From: Phoronis australis
Lineage: Eukaryota; Animalia; Phoronida
Assembly (NCBI GenBank): GCA_002633005.1
Contig: NMRA01000010.1
Coordinates: forward strand, 271,846-335,845
Length of the DNA stretch: 64,000 nucleotides
Direction of reading: 5' to 3'
Shown here one piece after another: positions 24,569 through 38,229 of this stretch (the stretch's first letter is position 1; every line of letters begins with the position of its first letter). The notes beneath the pieces are model-generated. The model did no database searches. It saw only the letters and a list, made by a program, of their open reading frames with translations, and was not told the DNA's origin. Both the position numbers and the translations under genes were made by a program.

Positions 24569-27500
24569 TAGTCCAGTCATTCTAGGGCTCCAAAGGGTCC
24601 AACCTAGAAAAACTTGCAACAAGGTTTTTTGCATAAATGCCATCTTCAAACATCCCTTGGTGCCAGAAAAAAGTCTACTGAAATCGAAGTGGCGGAAGTC
24701 GGTTTCCCAAGATGGCAGAAAAATGGCCGCCAAAACCTGTCTTTACCGCTTTTTGGCATGTTACTCTTATGCAACTGTTGGAAATAAAACAATAAAGCTT
24801 GTCATAACGGGCATACCAGTCAAAAGACGCTAATGACGGCCGAAACGACAATTTGGTACATGTGGCAAAATTTCTTTGTATATTTTGCCCTGAACTGGCA
24901 AAATTTCTATGCTTTTGTAAGTTAGACAATTCAAAGTATCTGGACCTTACAGTTGGTCACTGGTTGGCGAGAAAAAATCAAGATGGCTGACAAAATGGCC
25001 GCCAACTCAGAAATAACCCCAATTTACCGCATGTGCATTCTACAAACTTAGTCTGTAACCTGATAAGCGTTTACACAAAAACATTTTACAATCTACAGTC
25101 AGGCTTAATGAGTGGATTTTTTTATAAAATTTGTTTTCAAAATTTAGGTACCAAATGTGGAATTTTAATCACATTTTAGATTATTTAAGACACAGAATTT
25201 GGTGTTCTTCAGAAAAGGCTTTCGTTGATTTTTCATTACAAATTTCACACACTCAATTATTTTTCTGTAAAATGTATTCATTTGAGGCATCAAGAATAAT
25301 ATTTGCTGGGAAATATTTACTNTATAGTGGAATTATTGGCTTATTCATTACACCAACCCTGAATCATATTGGGCTGGAAGTGGCTTTGCTCTCTGCTATT
25401 GGAGATATTATTAGTTGTTCCCATACACAGGTTTTGTCTGCAACTGATATGAGGGGAGAATTTAGCAGCTGATTTCACCTGAATTTGATGAAACGTAAAT
25501 AAATTTGTGCAACAAAAAGTTCATAATTAAATGTTTAACATTTAGTGCTCAAAATTGGTTTAATATGTATGTTTTTCATGAACATAGGTTACTGATTTTA
25601 GAGGAAATTTGTGCCAGCAAACCAAACGGCAGTGATCTGCAGTCACTTTCTGGGATGTATTGGATATGTAATGTCATGCACTAGGCTTCAAGTTCTTGAG
25701 ACCGTGTAGGTACCAAACAGTGTGATCCGTTATGTTAAATGGAAAAATGTGTGGATAAAGCAGTAAGGAGGTATATGTTGATAGACTCAGTACTGAATGC
25801 TATCGTAACAGCCAGAGCATTCAACATCCCACTTCCAAATATTGACAGATCAAGTAACGCCAATCCAGAACCAATGACTTCATGATTTGAAGAAAGGAAT
25901 ACCGGTTCTTCAGAAATTCCAGGAGTCCCTAATGTCACCAACACACAACACACAGATACCGTGCCAAAACGTGGAGCAATTCAATGCTTGTACACAAACG
26001 GTGGCTTGTCAAAGATCCCAACTGGTCACATAATTAGAGATGTATACACTGGGAAATGTAATGCGCAGGCAGTGCATTTCGATTCTGAACCTTGGATTAC
26101 AGTGGAATACTCTCACGAGAGTTCACTTCTGGCTTCCGACATGCTGCCACTGATATATTCACACAGGACTGAATCAGATTATAAGTCTTCAGAATTCGCA
26201 GTGACAGAATGGTTTGTCAGAAGAATCAATGGCCATGCACTGATATAATTGATGATAACTTGAAAGCTGGTCTGAAGCTGTATAATGATCTTATTATTGG
26301 CATGACGTCTATGCTGCGATGTATGCTCGTCGGAGTGTCTTGTAGGAATCCATAAAAACGAAGCACACAAATATGACTTGACTTTGCAAAGTCGAACAAG
26401 CAGTCTCTGGCTACAGTATATGAAGATGATTGACATCCTTTAACGTTTTCTAAAAGCAGAAATAACGTCATATTGGGAACTTCATCTAAAAGCAGTTTCT
26501 GAAATGCTGCCTTACTTTGCAGCTGCTGGTCACGTCTCATACGCAAAATTTGCATACATACAATTGCAGCAGATGCGCCAACTCAAAGGCATCACCCATC
26601 CAGACGTCTACAGCACCTTTATTAACGGCCACCATGCCATAAGACGAAGTGACAGACTCGGAAGAGGCTAATCATCTGACCTTGTAATTGAACAAACGCT
26701 CACGAAAACCATTAAATCAACAGGAGGTTTAACTAGAGGTTGCGGAATGGGAGATACGTAGCGTGCACAGTGGTTTCTTTCCTTGCCAGCATGCTCAAAT
26801 ATAAATGGTGGCATGGAGAGTATGACAAACTTGAGTTGTGAAACACGTGAGCAGCCTAAAGGATGTACCCTGGCAAGAGAGTCGCGGGACGACATAGACT
26901 TCCTCAGTCTTGCTGATTTCCTCCACAACAGAAACCCATTTGAAAGGGAAACATTACAGAGTGTCGCCATTGATGTGACTGCAGGTCCAGGAGTCAATGT
27001 CGAAGATACCAGAGAAGCGGGGAAGGCAATTCTCTTGTCTATAGAGGGGTCGAGTGTGAAAGACTTCACATTCAGAAAGAAAGACAAGGTTATGACAATG
27101 AAAAGTCCACTAGTTCATGTTACCAATAGTGATTTTACACAAGTGGGTCCATGGCTGCTATTTCAGCGATTACTGACACCTGCAAAAGACAACAGTGAAT
27201 GTTTATCAAGCCTTTTGAAGTTTGAGCTGTGTGTTGGTCCCCCCGCTCTTTTTTGATACATCTGGTCTTCCCAGGAGTCGCTAATAAATCAATATTAGCA
27301 GATACATGTATACTCTGGTTCAGTGAATTACAGCCTACCTACTACTTGGTGACCATGTTAGAAAATGGCAGAAGTAATCATTAGAACCAAACCTAATGAG
27401 TCTCAATGGATTAGTCGGCACAGAAAACCTATGGTGCGATGTTTGAAGTAAGACGACACACTAACCTGTTCATGCGAACTTGTGCGACTTGAAGTAGTTT

Positions 27501-27808
27501 TGGGGGCCATCTTTGAAAATGGTGGACGGTGTCACCTCAGCCATGCAAAACTATTTCCAATGGATTTGTTGACCCACAAAAGACACGTAAACCTTTTTAA
27601 ATTTTTACTGTATCACATTCCACTCTCGAGTTATAATGGTCAATGCAAATCTGCCGGCCATTTTGTCCTTCATCTTGAAAAACCAACTTTCGCCACTTCG
27701 ATTCCGGTAGACTTTTTGCTCACACTAAGGGGCGTGAGAGGATACGATTTATGCAATAAAACCTTCTGTTTCAATTATTTCCGGGTCATCCGTAGAATGA
27801 CTGGACTC
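24569..27808 (+). mobile_element. Academ DNA transposon, second family, decayed and internally deleted
   Basis: TIRs TAGTCCAGTCATTCTA / TAGAATGACTGGACT(C), imperfect similarity extending inward, 3-bp TSD ATG. Transposase remnants: W.LHL...MLPYFAAAGHVSYAK, RRSDR...SDLVIEQTL.KTIKSTGGLTRG, NPF, LLFQRLL...FELC..PPALF. Confidence 0.88.
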
Positions 27809-29422
27809 ATGCATGACAAAATTTATGAAAACTGCAGCCACGCAACCCGTTAGGTGCGGATTTATCCACCGAGGATCATTTTCGGGGGGATTGGATTTCG
27901 TCGCACCGAAACATCTGACCCGAGGCATTCTGCATTATTCTCTTTTCACCATGTTTGCTATGAAAGTACGCCAATCGTTTGGAATAAGCAAATTACATAA
28001 CCACTTCACTCCCCACCGTTGCGTTATTGCCGCTTTGGAACGCGTGGGGAATCTCAAATTTGGTTTCACTTGAAGTAGACAAAAACCATTTAAACGGAAA
28101 CGAAAGTAAAATTTGCGCTTCTTCCGGTCGCTTGGGATATCGCGGGAGAGCCTACTTAGCCATAGTTGCGTTACGATTGCGCCGTGTTCCGAATTTGACA
28201 CTTGAAATTGGATCTAAGCCCCCTCCCCCCCAAACACTAAAACTGCACACATTTAAATCTTGTTTCAGCCGTAATTAATAAAATCAACATATCCCGATGC
28301 TCTTGCTGTTTTATTTTTTTGCTGGTCGTTTTTTCATAGTAACAGCGACACGTGTTGTCGTCATCGCTAATTTGAACGAGACGCAGTAGAAACGACACAG
28401 TGGACACCTAAGTCGGAAGCGAAAATGTCCTTGGCAGAAGACCGGAGCCTTTCCATAACTTTGATTTTCGTCATCATGGCTGGTGAAAAATTTTGTTAAC
28501 TAATTCGGTTATTTGCAATTCCCGTTTTTAAAACTGACACGCAGAAAACAGGAGATCGTTGCATAGATAAAATTTGTTGCGAGAAAAGAAAGAACTCGTG
28601 AGACTTCCAAAATCACGATAGTGTTAGCCGACTGTATTGTGAGAGAGTATGCTTTAAGCTGATGTATTGTCTAACGCTCGGCTCTGATTTTATTAGCCGC
28701 AAACTTCTTAGCCAACTAGCTGTATGATTGTTAGGCACCTTCCTGAAAGCAGAAAAGCGCCAATTTACACATATCACATGTGACAAATGCATTTATTTAT
28801 AGAGCTTTGCACGAAGACTACAAACAATTACGCAAGTCGATACTTTAAATTGAATATTATATATGTAACCATGGTATAACCAACTGATCGTTTACGTTGT
28901 CAGATACCTAGAAAATAAAGATAAGCTATCGTTTCAGTCTGTCTGTCTGTTGCCACTTCGAAGGACAGTGGATCAAGAAACATATGTGAGTATATTTTAT
29001 TGAATGGGCTTAAAATTTTAAGAAGGTAACGCACTGTAAGCTTCCAGTTCATGTCAAGTTAAAACGCAGTTGTGTGGACAGGGTTTATATGCTCCCGATA
29101 AAAATGGTTTTTAAAATTTGCATGATGCTACTGCACATATGATACGTGATGATGAACGTAAAACCGTCGAAGCGCGTGAATTTTTCCCGTTTTTGCCAGT
29201 GATATCACAGCGAGCACGCTCAAGCAAGTCTCGAGACCAAGGCATGGCGTCTAATCTCCGAATTTGACTTTGAAATCACTTTTGACATTTTCCTTTCTAC
29301 TTTTTATTAGTTTTAAGTATAAGTATACAGCTTTGCACCGATGTGGGTAAAAAAGTGGTATGATAAAATCTGACTCAAAATTAGTGTTATTAAAAACTAC
29401 AGTCTTCCTTGAATAAACTAAA

Positions 29423-30924
29423 GGTGTTGCAAAAATGGCGTTCTACCGTTATTCTGCTGCTAAAGTGATGGAGCGATCTTTAGCGACGGCTTTCGGCGCC
29501 ATGAAATATTGCGTCACCCTTGGCCAGTTTCTTTTTTCGCCGATTGTTCAATCAGCTGTTCTTCTTTCACGAGGTTGCGTACACGTTACAATAAATTATC
29601 GAAACTGGTTTCACTTCATTATAAGTTTTTAGAATTTTGATACCGAAAAACCGAATTTCAGAAGAAATGTTGCTGCTGCCAAGCTATCATCATCTCCCGA
29701 GAGATGTCGCAAAAATTTAGGAAATGGCGCGTTCGCGTGACACGAGCGTACTGTTTTCAAAACTATGACATACTTTTCATTGTTAGAAAAGGCGGAGAGT
29801 TACGCAAAAAAAAGACGTTTATTGCATTGTTTTTCACTTTAACGGCTGTAACGGGCAAGGTGAGTGTCGGTTGATTCGCAGATTTTGCATGCACCTCATC
29901 CGGTCTTTAGCTTTATATGTTGATACAAGTTTCACGGTGAGGTGACGAGCAGAACTACCCTGGCTGTGTGCAATTTCGGGGTCTACGAAAGAAATACTCA
30001 CAGTGGTACCTAGCTGTATTTTGACGACAGTCTTCATACAGCTAGCTAGCTGGCTATGTTATCCTGTGCTCTGATACATTATTGTTTACAGTTGGGTATT
30101 TAATCCAAGCTGACACTTGGTTAGCCCTAATCATAGGCGGATCCAGGGTAGTCAAGGTGGTCCCTTAATGATATCAAATCTACAATTTTTAAATTGTTGA
30201 CTTGGACCCCACCCCCTTTTAAAAATCCTGGATCCGCCTCTGTTTATTGAAGCTACAAACTCGCGTAAAACTCGAGATTTCAAGTATAAACCCGAAATTT
30301 TGAGTTCAGACCCAAACTTAGCCAGCCAGCTAGCTGTATGAACACTATCGTCAAAATACAGCTAAGTACCACTGTGTGTTAATCTTCCATAGACCCCGAA
30401 ATTCCAGACAGCCAGGGAGTTTTGCTCGTCACCTCGCCGGGAAACTTGTTTTAACATGTAAAGCTAAAGACTGGACAGGGTGCATGCAAAATCTGGGAGT
30501 CAACCGCCATTCACATTAACCGTTACAACCGTTTAAGTGAAAAACAATGCAACATTTTATTGCGTCATTCTCGACCTTTTGTAACAATGAAAAGTCTGTT
30601 GTCGTTTTGAAAACAGTACGCTGGAGTCACACACACGCGCCATTTCCTAAATTTTGCGACAACCTCGCAGCAGCAAAATGTGTTCTGAAATTCGGTTTTT
30701 TGATATCGAAATTCTGAAAACCTATAATGAAGTGAAACCATTTCCTCTAATATGTTAAGAAGTGTCCGCAACCTCGTGAAAGAACAACAGTTGATTGATA
30801 AATCGGCGAAAAAAGAAACTGGCCAATAGGTTACACAATATTTTATGGCACCGAAAGCCGATGTATAAATCGGTCCACAACTTTAACAGCAGAATAACGG
30901 TAGAACGCTAATTTGTGCAAAACC
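29423..30924. repeat. Long inverted repeat / foldback element (~600-bp arms, ~260-bp spacer)
   Basis: 29423-30057 is the reverse complement of 30318-30924 (e.g. GCGTTCTACCGTTATTCTGCTG vs CAGCAGAATAACGGTAGAACGC). Confidence 0.85.
30132..30242. mobile_element. hAT-like MITE in the foldback spacer
   Basis: CATAGGCGGATCCAGG ... CCTGGATCCGCCTCTG; TSD degraded. Confidence 0.7.
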
Positions 30925-32269
30925 AGAAAATAATTTATTTACTCAAACAAGTGTGAATGATGTCACCGCATGTTTGCGCGCCGACAGCCGCTTCGCAATG
31001 TGTTTGGAAAACTACAGTATTGCCTCAGAAGAAGTCATCATAACTCATTGGCCGGTGTTGCAATTTCTGGTATATACAATGATGACAAACAGTTGGCCTA
31101 TGTGTGTGCGTGTGCGTGTGTTTTGACATGTTCATAAGAAACGTTTGATGTTACATTGTTATCATCTCTGTGGTACTTTTACCTGCCACCCATGCACACG
31201 CCGTTGACACCAAACCACGTTGCGCAAGACCCGATACGATCCAAACGGTCATGGTCAGACTGGAGAGTATGGTCAACATGGTCACACACAACGGCTAGCC
31301 CTTGGGATAGAGGAACTCGAGATATGTCACCGTTTCGGCCCAATCCAAACCGTAAGTGGATGGAAACTAGTTGCAGTGAAGTATTATACAGTTAAAGCTA
31401 TTGAAACATAATTTTGTCTACGGTATCAATTCACAAACCAGATTTCCAACAATCATCGGCCCTAAAACCCATTGGTTTTTTTAACAGTTGCTCTTTTCAA
31501 GTTGTGAAAAATATACAAGTCCAGAATTTCATCCACCATGTTGATATTCAATAACCTAAAGCAATCAGACCAATTCTCGTCCGTTTCCCATGAATGTCGA
31601 CCGATTTTTTTCAAAAAGATCGCCATTAGATTGCCAAATGGGTACAATCATGCCATTCTCGATATATTTAGGATTGCCACGAAATCGTTTTTTCCAGAAC
31701 ACAGCCTACTCTTCTTTTCTGTCGGTGTTGTTAGTGAAATATGTAATTTGCAAGGTCGGCCTCATTTTCACGAAATCCACGCCAGGTTTCGCAGTACTGG
31801 CGAAGATACTGTAACTATAATATCTTTGGCACTGGTACTGTTAGTTGGTCCTCGACACAAACATAATTTTTGAACCGTTTCAAGTGAACTTTTAGTAAAA
31901 TTCAGTCGCACTATTTTCATGCTGTGAGCAACCTCGTTTTTAGAGCATTTGATTTTCGAAAAGTCTTCTAATTCGTAGAGGCACAGCTGTATTTCTTTCA
32001 ACCCTTGAAGGTCAAAAACTGTAAGTGCTTTTTATGATTGAGACAACAAGTGTTGATGACTTTTTGTCAGATCTGACAACAGCCTCGTGTGCTAAATTTG
32101 GAATATACACAATTTTAAAGCGGTTGCCATAATCATAAAATGAAGAATAATTTACGTACTCTACCTCGATTGAAGTGTGAACACACACCGAGGTTTGAGA
32201 CTCGGACTTCAAGCTACCAACCTTCAAGTACCAATGTTTCTGGTATCAAAAAAGAGCCATTGTGCTATT

Positions 32270-32510
32270 CAATAATCTGAACGTGCGATTATATCTGGCT
32301 TAACTTAACTTTCATTTTTATCAGCCCACCCCAGTCAGGCTAGATACGATCTGATCGGAGATTAGAGCAATTATCAAACAAAAGAGCGCAGGCCCTCCAA
32401 CCATCAACGCCAAAATGGAGTTAATTGGCTACGGGGGTAAACTTCCCAACTTGTTGTTGGATTATACAATCGAACAAGTTGGGAGCAGCGGGATGTCGCC
32501 GTTATGTCTG
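32270..32510 (+). mobile_element. Fragment of the Academ family at 19079-23765
   Basis: Aligns to 20165-20400 (TAACTTAACTTTCATTTT...TTCCCAACTTGTTGTTGG...ATCGAACAAGTTGGGAGCA). Confidence 0.7.
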
Positions 32511-32511
32511 T

Positions 32512-33811
32512 TCGAAGATAATTTCGAAGTATTTTCTGTGAGATACAGACAGGAGAACCTAGATCTGTGTTGTTTTGACTTTTGATTTTTGGAGTTCTAA
32601 ACACAAAACGCTTGTTATCCTGGCCAGTGGCTCGGAGCCCGATCAGGCCCGTTGCGGCTGGCCGGATTGACTCCGAGTCGTTATCCCGGCCAGTGGCTCG
32701 GAAACTGATCAGACATCACGAACATAAACCAGCCAAAGTTCAGTGGAAACTAAGCTTCCAGTCAAGAAAGTACTATACTAGTGAGCCAAAGTAATGTACA
32801 CCTGATTATTTTGGTGAATTAGCCACGAAACTGCAAATCTACTTACTCGTCGGGGGCCGCGAATTCAGGTTCGGTTTTATCCACAGCACCGTCAGGGCAG
32901 AAGTTGTACATTGACAATCATTATTTGAGTAATGTAAATGTAAATAAAGATTCCCCTAAAACCTGGCCGTGGGATCTAAATCGAGTTGTTTCACAACAGT
33001 TTCTGCCAGCAAACACTAAATTGGCATGAACTCACACGGCTTCGATGTCCCGTCAATTAGTTTTATTGCACCTAAAGCCGGTAACGCAGTGATTTATTCA
33101 TTACTGGCTTCTCAAATCATTTGCACTCTGAACACTCCAAAGGCATTTCAAATTGCATCTAATGAGATAGACTGTTTCAATTTTATATAAGTATTGGTTA
33201 GGGTGAGAATAATTCCTTTTGAAACAGAACGCCCAGTAATAAACGCCAACATGGCAACTCGCAATCCCGACTTAGGACGAGCTAGAGCTCATCAGTCCCG
33301 ACTTCGCAAGTGGATCGTTAAGTTTTACAGGCTATCAATTCGAACAGGAATACAGTGATGAAGAAATACTAGAGAGGCGCTGTGAACAAGCTCAGACAAC
33401 GGAACGTATGGAGTTATTTGGTAAGCCGGCATTCGTCAGGCACTGTCAACGTCTGCAGGCCACAGACACGGAGACGTTTCACGGCCTCATACTTGCTATT
33501 TACCGCGTGCATTTCATTCTTCACTACCATGAGCCACTTTCTAAGCATTTTGGACTCTCGAGGAAGTAAAAAAAACGATATACCCGCTTTCCTCGCAACT
33601 GCGTAGTTCGGACAAGCGAGAACGATGCACTGCCACATAGCGGCATTCACTCTGCATATGAACCACTGACGTCGCTAGCGTCGTTTCTCACCTTCCTCAC
33701 AGATTAATGCGACACCTCTTGGAAAGGGGAAGTCGACCGTATGCGAGGCGATGTGGATATAGACCAATTAAGACGGCAAAAAAGACTAATTAAATCGGGT
33801 GGCATTCTCCT
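32512..33811 (+). mobile_element. Non-autonomous Kolobok, copy 2 (left-truncated)
   Basis: Right end GGGTGGCATTCTCCT|TTAA; THAP stub is ORF 33414..33650(-); YQFEQEYSDEEILERR stub on +. Confidence 0.85.
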
Positions 33812-34344
33812 TTAACATTAGACTTCTGGTCTAAATGACTAGAGTTTAACACTATGATCACTGTAAACTACTGAGGGATTAATTTCGTTGATATTTTTCA
33901 AAATCAAGTATCCCTTAACAACGTTCAAGATCGCTTAAATTCGATTCAAGAACTGGCCAAGGCCGTAGAAACGATGCACTGAGACTTACCGGCACTTGTG
34001 AAATGGTATTGTACACCCTTACCAGGGTCTTCTCAAGCAAACGAGATCCCAACTAAATGTATGTATCCGAAATGTAAAGAATTACCCACATGGATTGTTA
34101 AGAACAAAATTATTCTTGAAACCATATTTCAAACTGCCTCGATTAGTTTTGTAAATTTGTAACATGTGGCGTATTTGTTCACCTATGTCAAAAACCCGAC
34201 TTTTGTCTCCTTAAATTGTAAATATGCAAATGAAGTACTAGATTACAAATAACCCCGGGCCTTACATTGTGTCGGAAACCATCTGAGAACCAGTTACCTT
34301 TACAATCTCGCAACAGTCTCGTTTAGTGAGACTATTTTTATGTA

Positions 34345-35195
34345 AATGAGTGTGGTAAGTATAGATTATTACATGTTCTCAGCCGTTATCCCCCGTTATC
34401 TAGAGCCCTCGTGGATTTTGGAGAATTATCGCCCGAGTGGCTCTAGATAACGGGGGATAACGGCTGAGAACATGTAATAATCTATTTATACCACATACTA
34501 AACGAGAAACATTGCAATGAATCGATTTACCTTTTCTAACTCTCCACGGCTTTGTAACTACTTTCTATGTCAGAGGCCCAGGGTCGGAGGTCGTGACCTT
34601 TTAAGAAAAGCCGGGCTATTTTTGTCAAATAATGCTTTTACTCAAAACCAATTGAAAACTTAAATATAATAGAAATAAATTGAATTGATAAATTAAGGTT
34701 TACCAACTATTATAGCTTAAAATACGTTTTTTTCACGCTAAGCTTCGACCGGGAAATTATCGTCTGCTAAAGTAGGTTACCACTGGTAACTGAATATAAT
34801 TCTCAAGTCAAAAGATCCTGACGACACGATACCCGCATTCAAACTGGAGATCGGTGATTTAGAAGTAAGAGGACATGAGAGAAAAATTTCACTGAATTAA
34901 GATATCCTTTTTATGGTAACTATGTGTCTTATTTTTCGTAGCGTATAAGTACAGTACAATGCTGCTTGTAGAACGTGCGATTTTTGCGCGTGCTCATTTA
35001 AGTATCATATTTTCACTCATGATGACGTCAGTCGCTGCATGGTGTAGTGGTAAAGTCGGCGACCAGCAATTTCAAGGTCCCGGGCTCGACTCCGTCCTCG
35101 CTTACCCGCCAAATCGTTATCTCACTAGTGAGATAACTTTATGGGTTATTACACGGTTGTCTCTGCCATTTGACGCTAATATTGTGGTATAATAT
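34345..35195. mobile_element. Non-autonomous DNA element with a long near-perfect palindrome and a tRNA-like segment
   Basis: Palindrome ~34362-34484 (ATAGATTATTACATGTTCTCAGCCGTTATCCCCCGTTATCTAGAGCC and its reverse complement); ATACCACA...TGTGGTAT boundaries. Confidence 0.55.
35031..35100 (+). other. tRNA-derived sequence (Pol III A/B-box like), not a functional tRNA
   Basis: TGGTGTAGTGG A box and GGCTCGACTCC B box at tRNA-like spacing; the acceptor stem does not pair. Confidence 0.55.
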
Positions 35196-36985
35196 ATCAT
35201 AGTTACCCTAATAAAACAAAGGCACAGTTTTTATTATTTGTTCATTTCACTGTCAATTAACGTTTGCGTAAAATTTGGAATAACTATTTGTTCACACTTG
35301 TTTTTAAGTGTATCAATTGTGGTGTTTTTAAAACATCATTTTACTACAAATTGTTTCTTTTCCGGATTATATTTGTACACACAGTTCTCCAAGAAGTCAC
35401 AAGGAGGTGCTTGCTACAAATTTAAATATTCACGGTTTTGAGACGTGGCACCCTTCTGTCTAAGTTCAGCATAGGACTCTAAAACACATTTTTATTGGGT
35501 TACGAAGACCAAAATCCGACTTTGTGCTCATTAAACAGTCATTTCAGAATTTTTGTCATCGGTCCAAACTTAGCCCAAATTTCGATCTTACTTAATTTTT
35601 GGTCTTAGGCTTTGAGACACATTTCATGAAACGTGCCCCAGATTAGGGGGTTCCATTACCCGTACGGTTGTTGCTACTAGTGTCGACTGTTCTCTGGGTT
35701 TCCTAGTAAAACGTGCAACTACAAAACTTACTTCTGGAAATTCATGATTTGGTAAGGTGTGCAAAAAATCATTGCCCATTATATTGCATTTCATTTGATC
35801 GTTTGACCTTCCACCTTCACTGTTAATATGAAACTGTCCAACACACTATGATGGCTGCCAGCTGTCCGTATTCAAAGTCAGGCGGTAGCCAAAATTTATT
35901 TATATCTCTTGGTAGACTAACCGCCGAATATTACTCTTGAAAAAATATTGATGCAGTGACGACCAGTGTTTCATTGCTTTCACTACTTTTATAATTATAG
36001 AACACTGCTAGGTGCCATTAATTTATTGTAGTTTTTTCTGTAGCGTTTCTCCCGACAAAACATTTTTAGAATCAGTGTCATCTTCGTCTGCCCACTGTGT
36101 CACACTTTCAACAGTGATGCCCTTTGTTGAGTCTGTATAGTTTCCAACAGTGCAATTACGTTATTAAGCTTTTCATTCAGTTCATCGATCATTTTGCGTC
36201 TGTTCTCTAATTCTTTTTAAGGCTATTTCTCCGTATTATCAAGAAGTCATCTTCACAGTTACTGCTTTTCTTTCTTCCGATTGATATTTACGTAACTATT
36301 TTCAAACTTCCTGGTTTTGATAAATTCATGTCTTCCAGGTCAACGCGAAGTAAAGGAATCATATGGAGGTAGAAGATGGACTACGGATCGATATGACAAT
36401 ACGGTTTTCCCAGGTACCGGTAATAAGACAATATTCTACAGTTATGCATGTAACTTCCGTCACGCAGAATTTTTCCTTCCGTCTTAATTTACAAACCCGA
36501 TTTCTGATAAAACGCAACTATTTTCAAACTTCCTGGTCTTGATGAATTCATGTCTTCCAGGTCAACGCGAAGTAAAGGAATCATATGGAGGTAGAAGATG
36601 GACTACGGATCGTTATGACAATACGGTTTTCCCAGGTACCGGTAATAAGACAATATTCTACAGTTATGCATGTAACTTCCGTCACGCAGAATTTTTCCTT
36701 CCGTCTTAATTTACAAACCCGATTTCTGATAAAACGCAACTATTTTCAAACTTCCTGGTCTTGATGAATTCATGTCTTCCAGGTCAACGCGAGGTAACGG
36801 AATCCTACGGAGGTAGAAGATGGATGACGGAGCGATATAACAATTGGTTTTTCACAGGTAGCGGTAACAAGACAATATTCTACAGTTATACATGTAATTT
36901 CCGTCACGCAGAATTTTTCCTTCCGTCTTAATTTACAACCCCGATTTCTGATAAAACGCTAAAACTGAAAATTCGTTTTTAGTTT
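35195..36985 (+). repeat. Local duplication, copy 1
   Basis: Colinear with 39355-40745 throughout (e.g. CACACAGTTCTCCAAGAA..CACAAGGAGGTGCTTGCTACA). Confidence 0.85.
36292..36960 (+). repeat. 222-bp tandem repeat, 3 copies
   Basis: AACTATTTTCAAACTTCCTGG starts at 36294, 36516 and 36738. Confidence 0.92.
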
Positions 36986-38229
36986 CTCAAAGTCAAAATT
37001 GTAAAATGTCTTTGTTTAAAATACTGAAACCAAGGAATATGAGAAATTTAAAGAAAAAGTACACAAAGGCAGAATAAAGATTAAATCAAGAAAAAATTGG
37101 ACTGCACAGGTAATATAAATTACGAGAAATACATCATAAGCAAGGGGGTGACTCAGTAATCGGAGAAGAGCACGTGAAAGTAGGTGATTGGATGGTGGTA
37201 AGATACAGAAGCTGTAGCATTTTGTCCCGGGGGGTTAGGAAAGCAATAAACATAAGGTAGGTCGGCTGAAGATGTGGTAGCAGCAAAAACGGGAGTGGGG
37301 CGCACCTCAACCAAAAAGCTGGGGGCGGAGATAGCTTTCTGCCCAGAATATTTCAGGTGTTATTATCAATTAATTAACAATTAATTATCAAAATATTCTA
37401 CCCACAAACTTTTTTTTAAATAAAATTGAAAAATTTACAGACTCTCCTCCCCCCAACCATTAAATGTTTCCTAAGCCAATGTCCAAAATCTGCCCTCTTG
37501 CGCCATCCAAACACGGGTCCAGATGTTTGTTTCGAAAACTCACACCTTACGACATTCTAAATTAAAGGAGGGAGGTCTGAGCCCAGTTACATGAAACACT
37601 CCAAAAAACGACTCAAAGTACAGATTCATGATTTTTAAAGCGAGAGGGTTGGATCGAAATTTTTTTAAGAAGCGGACCCAAGTCAACAGAATGAAAATTC
37701 TAGATTTAATATCAGTAAAATTAAGGGCAAACGGGGATCCGGGCCCCTTTGACCCCCTGGATCCACCAGTGCTCAATTGTGTTGCCTAAATCATTTGTTT
37801 CGTTCTTTACTTATAGTTTCATCATTTTAACTTGATTACGAGCTCCTCTTTTGACTTACGATGAAGTTTTCTAATAATAAGTATAACTAAAAACTGACCC
37901 CTTAATCCAGTCAAAATTCTTAGGGACTTGGTCCTTAAATTAGGTTCGTTGCATGAAAAGATAACTACTTATTTTCAATAATATTAAGAATTCAACGTAG
38001 AAAACTCACAAATACGCAGTAGATTTAGGGAACATAGCGGAGTCGCTATTTGGGACTATTTCATGGAACATGGTACTGGGCACTGACCATCCGTGCCTGA
38101 TGGCATCTGAAATGGGAAGCGTACTGGGGTGGGTTGTGGTGAATGAAACTGGAGACAATGGAGGTAGTGGGTTGAAACTGACTCATTCACCCCTCACGTT
38201 CGGGAGCTCGTACAAAAAAAACTCAGGAA

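Noticed and set aside
35031-35100. Functional tRNA gene
   Set aside because: Acceptor and anticodon stems do not pair properly and the B box is degenerate
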